This document shows positions 58,644 through 64,000 of a DNA stretch of 64,000 bases, in pieces. Location: contig OZ255842.1 in assembly GCA_965277805.1 (NCBI GenBank), positions 3,040,001 through 3,104,000 on the forward strand, given 5' to 3'. Every line of letters starts with the position of its first letter. Positions within the stretch are counted from its first letter, which is position 1. Under the pieces are notes generated by a model. It searched no databases. It saw only the letters and a program-made list of their open reading frames with translations, and was not told the origin of the DNA. The DNA comes from Candidatus Lustribacter sp. (GTDB taxonomy: Bacteria; Vulcanimicrobiota; Vulcanimicrobiia; Vulcanimicrobiales; Vulcanimicrobiaceae). The translations under genes and the position numbers were made by a program.

Positions 58644-59033
58644 TCAGTTGTCGAAGTCAACTTCGAACAGATACGACCCGGGGGTCGCAGTGCAGTTCTG
58701 AACGGCGGGGCTGAACTTGCTGGCGCGAGCGGCGTCGAGCGCAGCACGGTCGAGCACGCCGTAGCCGGATGATTTCGCGACCTCAGCACCGATGAGGTTG
58801 CCGGAGGCATCGATATCAACCTGAACCAGCGTTTTGCCGGCGAGGTGGAATTGGTTGGCGATGTCGGGCCGGTCGGCAACCGCGGCGTACGTGGTCGCTG
58901 CTTGAACGTTCGGAACGCTGCAGCCCGGGGCGTCAACGCCCTGTGCGCCGGCGGGAGTGATGCCGGCCGCCAGCGGCGCGACCGCAAAAAACGCGGCGAC
59001 CGTCAAACGGGCAAACGTGGTAGACGTATTCAC
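58644..59033 (-). CDS. Short secreted TonB C-terminal domain protein
   Basis: AGGAG RBS; signal peptide; GKTLVQVDIDASG...SSGYGVLDRAALDAA...FSPA. Confidence 0.8.
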   Translation of the reverse strand: MNTSTTFARLTVAAFFAVAPLAAGITPAGAQGVDAPGCSVPNVQAATTYAAVADRPDIANQFHLAGKTLVQVDIDASGNLIGAEVAKSSGYGVLDRAALDAARASKFSPAVQNCTATPGSYLFEVDFDN

Positions 59034-59213
59034 GATATGGCTCTCCTGTTACGGCCACGCAAATGCGGGCCTGAGGAGAGACTAGTCAGCCGCGGTAAAA
59101 AGCCGGTTACTGCCCACTTGTACGGATAAGACGTACGGATGAGCGTGTTCGCGCTCGCCCGCTAATTGCAAAATTGCGTTAACCCCCTCGTAACCAAAAG
59201 CGAGTTAACGCAC

Positions 59214-59966
59214 ATGATCGCAGTAGCACCGGCGCCCGCGTCTCCACTCTACGATAACGATCGGATCGAAGTCCGGATCCTCGACGGGACGACGTTCTTC
59301 GGCGGCCGCGAGATCAAGCTCACCGACCGCGAGTTCGCCATCCTTGCGGCGATGGCGCTGAACCGTCAGGCCCTCAACCGCGATGAGTGGTGCGATAAGC
59401 TCTGGCCGGATCGCGATGCGGATTCCGCCGCCAGCCTCCTCAAAGTCTACGTCCACCGGATACGCGCCAAATTCGGCACGGCTGGGATCATCGAAACCCA
59501 GGGCAACGGCTACCGCCTCGGGCGGCACGTCGCGATCGACGTCCACCGGTTCGAGGAGATAGCGCGCCGGCACGACGTTTCGCACGACCCGCTCGGCGGC
59601 GACGTGTTCGCGATCGTCGCGGGGGCATTCGAGAGCATCAAGGACCGCCTCTACCGTCGCATCGCCTCGCTCGAATATTACGAAGAACTGGAGCGCCGTT
59701 TCGTCGCGATCGGAGTCGAACTCGCGCGCCTTCTCGTGCACGACGCCTTCCTGCGCGGTGACACGGCGTACGCAGCACGCATTGCGGAAGAGCTGGTCTC
59801 CCTCGATCCCTACGACGACGTCGCGGCGGAACTGTTCATCCGCGCGCAGTTGCTGCTCGGCCGCCAGGATGCGGCGGCGCGCCATTTTCGCACCTTCTGC
59901 CGGACGCTGCGTGACGAACTCGACGTGCCGCCGCCGGCCCACCTCACGCAGCTGTTCGCGCGATGA
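59214..59966 (+). CDS. SARP-like regulator (OmpR-type wHTH plus BTAD-like domain)
   Basis: LTDREFAIL, LWPD, LKVYVHRIR, GYRL, DVHRF and LDPYDD...ELDVPP motifs. Confidence 0.82.
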   Translation: MIAVAPAPASPLYDNDRIEVRILDGTTFFGGREIKLTDREFAILAAMALNRQALNRDEWCDKLWPDRDADSAASLLKVYVHRIRAKFGTAGIIETQGNGYRLGRHVAIDVHRFEEIARRHDVSHDPLGGDVFAIVAGAFESIKDRLYRRIASLEYYEELERRFVAIGVELARLLVHDAFLRGDTAYAARIAEELVSLDPYDDVAAELFIRAQLLLGRQDAAARHFRTFCRTLRDELDVPPPAHLTQLFAR

Positions 59967-60108
59967 ACCCGGCCGATGCCATGTATCTCCTTCGCCTTGC
60001 GGCGTTCCTCGCGGCATGCGCTTGGGGGAGTGTCAGCCCCCTCGCCCGTAATCGTACGCGGGACAAGCAGTAGCCGATTGTCCCTCATTCTCGTTTGGGG
60101 GAAATGCG

Positions 60109-62331
60109 CTGAGCAGCGACGCCAGGTCCGGCGTAATCGATGGCGCTCCAGCCTTCGGGCCGCTATTGCGCCGCTTGCGAATTGCCGCCGGCCTCTCGCA
60201 AGAGGCCCTCGCCGAGCGTGCGCGGATCAGCACCGAAGCGGTCGGCTCGCTGGAACGCGGCTCGCGCCGTGCGCCGCAGCGCCAAACGCTGGCGCTGCTG
60301 ATCGATGCGCTGCGGGTCGAGGGCGAGGAACGCATCAGGCTCGAGCAGGCCGCGATTCGACCGTCGTTGCCGCGCCGGCGCGAAAGTGGCCCGAGCGTGG
60401 CCGGCGTGGCCTCCGCATTGCGTCTGCCGGCACCGCTGACGTCGTTCGTCGGACGCGGACGCGATCTGCACGTCCTCGAAGCGGCGATCTCCGGCGCGCG
60501 CCTGGTTTCGCTCGTCGGCCCGGGCGGTGTCGGCAAGAGCCGGCTCGCACTCGAGGCGGCGCGGCGATCCGGGGACCGTTTCGCAGACGGCGTGGTGCTC
60601 GTCGAACTGGCCCCGATTGCAGCCGGAGCGTCGGTAGTCAGCGCGTTCGCAACCGCGCTAGGCGTCGCCGACGAGGGCGAGATACGGCTGCTCGACCGCG
60701 TCGTCGCGGCTTGCCGTGCGGGGCACCGGCTCATTATCGCCGACAATTGCGAGCACGTGCTCGATGCGTGCGCCGAAGTCGTGCTCGCATTGCTGAGCGT
60801 TTGTCCAAACGTGCGCGTGATGGCGACGAGCCGTGAGCCGTTGCGCGTAGTGGGCGAACACATTCTGCGGCTCGGCCCGCTTGAACCCGAAGCGGCGCTG
60901 CAGCTCTTCATCGACCGCGCCAAAGCGGTTGCGCCGCACCTGCGCTTCGAACCGGACGAATTGGAGGTTGCCGCACAAATTTGCGGCCGCGTCGACGGGA
61001 TTCCGCTGGCGATCGAATTGGCCGCCTCGCGGGCCGACATCTTCGACCTCGAAACGATACTCGCCCGGCTGCGCGAACGCTTCAAGCTGCTCTCGGTCGG
61101 ATCTCGCACCACGCTTCCGCACCATCGGACACTGCGCGCGCTCGTCGACTGGAGTCACGAACTGCTCGACCCCGACGAAGCGCGGCTGTTCGGGCGCCTC
61201 GGAATCTTTGCCGGCGGCGGCCGGTTCGATGACGTGGAGCGAATTCTCGCCTTCGACGGGATCGAACCGGGTCCCATCTGGGAATTCCTCGCCCGGCTGC
61301 ATGCCAAGTCGCTCGTCGATGTCGACCGCGCTAATCCGCCGCGCTTCTCAATGCTGCAGACGATTCACGATTACGCCCGGGAACGACTCGCCGGCACCAA
61401 CGAAATCGCCCAACTCGAGCACCGGTTTGCGACGCATTTTCTTGAGTTGGTGATTGCGTCCGGCCCGGCACTGCGCAGCGCTCTCCAAGGCGAAACGATC
61501 GACCGTCTGTCGGCGGAAGTGGACAACATTCGTTCCGCCTTGACGCTGAGCGGCGGAAATCCGGCGCTGCACGAACTAGGCTTACGAGCGCTGGGGCCAC
61601 TCGCATTTTATTGGATGCGCACGGGCGCGTTAACCGAGGCATCGACGCGCATCGAGTCGCTCACCAAAGATGCGCGGAAACCGACGCTCGGCGTCGCTTG
61701 GGCATGCGCCGGCGGCGCGTTCATCGAGTTCAACCGGGCGCGCTTTCCCGAGGGAAACGCCTATGCCGCGCGGGCCCACGAAGCCGCGCAGGCGTGCGGC
61801 GATGAGTGGGTGAGCATCTACGCTTCGTTAGCCGTCTGTTGGGGACGTTCGCGCGCCGGCGAGAGTCCGGATGCAGCGGTTCTCGACGCCTACGAACGCG
61901 CGCAACGCCTCGGCGATCCCTGGCTCATCGTGTCAGCCGCCTTTGAGTTGGGCGGAGCGGCGCTCGCGCGAAATGACCGCGCGAGTGCGACGGACCGTTT
62001 TTCCGAAGCTCTCGAAAGCGCGCGAACGATCGGCGACAAGTTCATGGTGTCGTCGTCGGCGGTGCAACTCGGACGTTTGCTCGCAGAAAATGAACCGGTC
62101 AAAGCCGCCCGGCTGATCGGCGATGCCATCGAAAACCTAGCGCCGAGCGCCGTCCGGGCACGTTCGGTGTGCATGGACGCACTGGCGCCGATCGCGCTTG
62201 CGTTCGATCGGCCGGATGATGCCGCCCGGATAACGGAAACCGCGAGCACCCTCCGGCTGACGGCCGGCGGCGGATCGTCGCTTGCCGAAGCAAACGACGC
62301 CGTTCACTCATTCTTGTCCGCCCTGAACTAG
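60109..62331 (+). CDS. XRE-HTH plus NB-ARC/STAND ATPase plus TPR-like regulator
   Basis: FGPLLRRLR..AGLSQEALAERA, SFVGR, GPGGVGKS, ADNCEH, TSREPL and DGIPLAIELAA motifs; start uncertain (CTG 60109 or TTG 60166). Confidence 0.85.
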   Translation: MSSDARSGVIDGAPAFGPLLRRLRIAAGLSQEALAERARISTEAVGSLERGSRRAPQRQTLALLIDALRVEGEERIRLEQAAIRPSLPRRRESGPSVAGVASALRLPAPLTSFVGRGRDLHVLEAAISGARLVSLVGPGGVGKSRLALEAARRSGDRFADGVVLVELAPIAAGASVVSAFATALGVADEGEIRLLDRVVAACRAGHRLIIADNCEHVLDACAEVVLALLSVCPNVRVMATSREPLRVVGEHILRLGPLEPEAALQLFIDRAKAVAPHLRFEPDELEVAAQICGRVDGIPLAIELAASRADIFDLETILARLRERFKLLSVGSRTTLPHHRTLRALVDWSHELLDPDEARLFGRLGIFAGGGRFDDVERILAFDGIEPGPIWEFLARLHAKSLVDVDRANPPRFSMLQTIHDYARERLAGTNEIAQLEHRFATHFLELVIASGPALRSALQGETIDRLSAEVDNIRSALTLSGGNPALHELGLRALGPLAFYWMRTGALTEASTRIESLTKDARKPTLGVAWACAGGAFIEFNRARFPEGNAYAARAHEAAQACGDEWVSIYASLAVCWGRSRAGESPDAAVLDAYERAQRLGDPWLIVSAAFELGGAALARNDRASATDRFSEALESARTIGDKFMVSSSAVQLGRLLAENEPVKAARLIGDAIENLAPSAVRARSVCMDALAPIALAFDRPDDAARITETASTLRLTAGGGSSLAEANDAVHSFLSALN

Positions 62332-62333
62332 CC

Positions 62334-62591
62334 TCAGGGATGCGTGATGACGTTAACGATTTGAAAATTGCCCGGCGGGGGCTTATCGCCTACAACGATC
62401 ATGCTTGCGGCCAGCGTCATGATGTTCTGGACGTCCCCGGGTTGGACGAGATTCTGCGGCATGACCGTTTCGTTGATGAGGTTGGCTATTTTCTCGTTGC
62501 TGCTTCCCGCGCCGGCTAATGCTTCGCGTACCCGTGGGTTCGTCGCCAGATGACCGACCCAGCTGCGGGTGATTTGATCGATGTCTGTCAT
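62334..62591 (-). CDS. 85-aa protein, candidate RiPP precursor or YcaO substrate with Nif11-like leader
   Basis: AGGAG RBS; starts 8 bp after the ycaO stop; helical N-terminal half resembles Nif11-type leaders. Confidence 0.6.
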   Translation of the reverse strand: MTDIDQITRSWVGHLATNPRVREALAGAGSSNEKIANLINETVMPQNLVQPGDVQNIMTLAASMIVVGDKPPPGNFQIVNVITHP

Positions 62592-62599
62592 GGTGCTCC

Positions 62600-63859
62600 T
62601 TAGAACGTAGGGACTGGAACGAGGTTGAGAATGGCGCGGACCGCCGGTCCGTACGTATTGCCGGACGCGGGAGTTTCAAGGCGTGGCGCAACGGCCCGCA
62701 CGACGTAGAGGGGAAGGTCCGTCGGGGAAAGATCGACGAGCGCGACTGGTCCGGCGTTCGCGGCGCGCAATGCGGCGACGAGCACACCCACGTCTAGCGC
62801 TACGTCGCTCGTCGATCGATCGGCGAACGAACTTAGCGCGCGCGCGGGGGCCGGCGCATCGTAGAACCAGCGCCCCGACGGAACGCCGAACGTGCGCCGA
62901 ATGCCGTAATCAGGAACGTTCGCGTCATCGTGACGGCACAGATCTTCGCGCGCGCCCAAAAAGTCGGAAGCGCGCGCTTGAGCGGCTTCGGTGAGGGCGC
63001 GGATCGCGGCATGCTCGGGCGACAACGAGCAGCCGGCGCCGCTGTGCGCCGCGGATTCACCGCCCGCGTGGTCGGCGATCGTCGCTAAGACAAGAAGCGG
63101 AAATGGATCGACCTCCAGCGCGCGTAGCCGGCACGACAGGCCCGCCGAACGGATCCGATCGATGAGCGCATCCACCATCGCGAACCCGGAGGGCACCTCG
63201 ATATCCGAAGCGATCGGGTCATCGATGAACCCGGGGATCGATCCGGTTCCGCCGGTAAAGCGCGAGACGATCGCCCGCGGACGAAGATATCCCCGGGCGT
63301 GTCCAACCGCCCAAAGATGGCGCTCGGCCAGCTCCGTCACCGCATGGTAAACGGCTTCGGCATACGTGTTTCCGCTCGCCAGTCCGTTGGACGAGTCGCC
63401 GAAGATGACGCGTTCACCATGCCACGGACACTGCACGAGAGCGAGCGGGACGTCAAGCGCATCGCCTGTGAGCAAATCCGTCCCAGCGACGCAGACGATC
63501 TCTTCCGCCGGCGGCGGCGGCCAGTGGCCGCCGGGATCGATTGCGGCCAGCACGGTCTTGGCATCGCGCACGAACGCCGGCAAACGCGGCGCAGCCGCGA
63601 CCTGCCGTTCAACGGCTTCCATCACCGCTCCGGCGAGCGCGCTCTCGCGCGTCGGTCCCTTGCCGTTGTAGACGCTGATGACGTCCGGTGAGCCGGGGGC
63701 GATCGCGCTCATTACCGGAATGCCGATTCGATCGAGGTGCGTGATGTCGGCGATGCGCGTGATGCCGAAGCGCTCGCGCAGTTGCGGAATCAGCGCGAGC
63801 GTTTGTTCCACCGGCACGCAGCGGTCGAACGAACCCGGCGCTTTCGGAGCGCAACGCAC
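62600..63859 (-). CDS. ycaO: YcaO family protein (TfuA-associated type)
   Basis: FGITRIADITHLDRIGIPV, NGKG, MEAVER, SSNGLASG, ELAERH and ALTEAAQAR...GARED motifs; GTG start just after the upstream stop. Confidence 0.92.
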   Translation of the reverse strand: MRCAPKAPGSFDRCVPVEQTLALIPQLRERFGITRIADITHLDRIGIPVMSAIAPGSPDVISVYNGKGPTRESALAGAVMEAVERQVAAAPRLPAFVRDAKTVLAAIDPGGHWPPPPAEEIVCVAGTDLLTGDALDVPLALVQCPWHGERVIFGDSSNGLASGNTYAEAVYHAVTELAERHLWAVGHARGYLRPRAIVSRFTGGTGSIPGFIDDPIASDIEVPSGFAMVDALIDRIRSAGLSCRLRALEVDPFPLLVLATIADHAGGESAAHSGAGCSLSPEHAAIRALTEAAQARASDFLGAREDLCRHDDANVPDYGIRRTFGVPSGRWFYDAPAPARALSSFADRSTSDVALDVGVLVAALRAANAGPVALVDLSPTDLPLYVVRAVAPRLETPASGNTYGPAVRAILNLVPVPTF

Positions 63860-63863
63860 AAGC

Positions 63864-63998
63864 TCAAGCAACGGCGCCCACCCGGGTACGTGCGCGCAAC
63901 ACGCGGCGCAACGCAAAGCGCGCATCCCAGCGCTTGAGATCGCCTTCGCGACGTGCGATGTCGAGCAGTGCGGATTGGGCCGCCGCCGGCGCACAGGC
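63864..63998 (-). CDS. TfuA-like protein C-terminus (truncated by the window edge; not in the ORF track)
   Basis: Minus-strand frame reads ACAPAAAQSALLDIARREGDLKRWDARFALRRVLRARTRVGAVA*. DLKxxDAxxAL resembles the TfuA C-terminal D(L/Q)KxxDA motif, and it abuts ycaO. Confidence 0.6.
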   Translation of the reverse strand, partial: ACAPAAAQSALLDIARREGDLKRWDARFALRRVLRARTRVGAVA

Positions 63999-64000
63999 TA

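Noticed and set aside
60109-62331. STAND ATPase as an Avs-type antiphage system
   Set aside because: The N-terminus is an XRE HTH with no nuclease or other effector; it matches the common regulator architecture and has no defence-island context.
63860-63994. Cys-rich N-terminal extension of YcaO in the ORF track
   Set aside because: Better explained as the overlapping frame of the upstream TfuA-like C-terminus.

Overview
This is a 64 kb high-GC bacterial window with dense coding, about 65 genes. The protein families suggest Vulcanimicrobiota/Eremiobacterota, but that is an inference. No rRNA, tRNA, CRISPR array or transposase was seen. From 1 to 16 kb the genes are mixed: a DODA-type dioxygenase, a chromate transporter pair, prolyl oligopeptidase, UDP-glucuronate decarboxylase, an LLM monooxygenase/tartrate dehydrogenase operon, an atypical tannase-family esterase and sdaA. 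From about 16 to 49 kb lies a large aromatic or heterocycle catabolic region. It holds tandem Rieske oxygenases, a 4,5-dihydroxyphthalate decarboxylase-like protein, HpaH, split LigA/LigB-like genes, HpaB/HpaC-like monooxygenase components, UbiD, a nitrilase, amidohydrolases, three VOC proteins, a TonB-dependent receptor and MarR/LysR regulators. Eight related orphan SsuA/NMT1-type binding proteins are interspersed, and a shared promoter/operator motif links several units. From 54 to 58.6 kb is an AprA/AprB-like flavoprotein-ferredoxin operon with a hydrolase and ABC components. At the right edge, on the minus strand, are a TfuA-like C-terminus, a TfuA-type YcaO and an 85-aa protein with a Nif11-like leader. 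This is a candidate thioamide-RiPP system and the strongest novelty candidate, and it sits next to SARP-like and XRE-STAND regulators. REP-like GTCATYCCGAGC palindromic elements occur three times. One is a long nested hairpin flanked by strongly C-rich/G-poor gene ends. All calls come from motif recognition by eye; no database searches were run.
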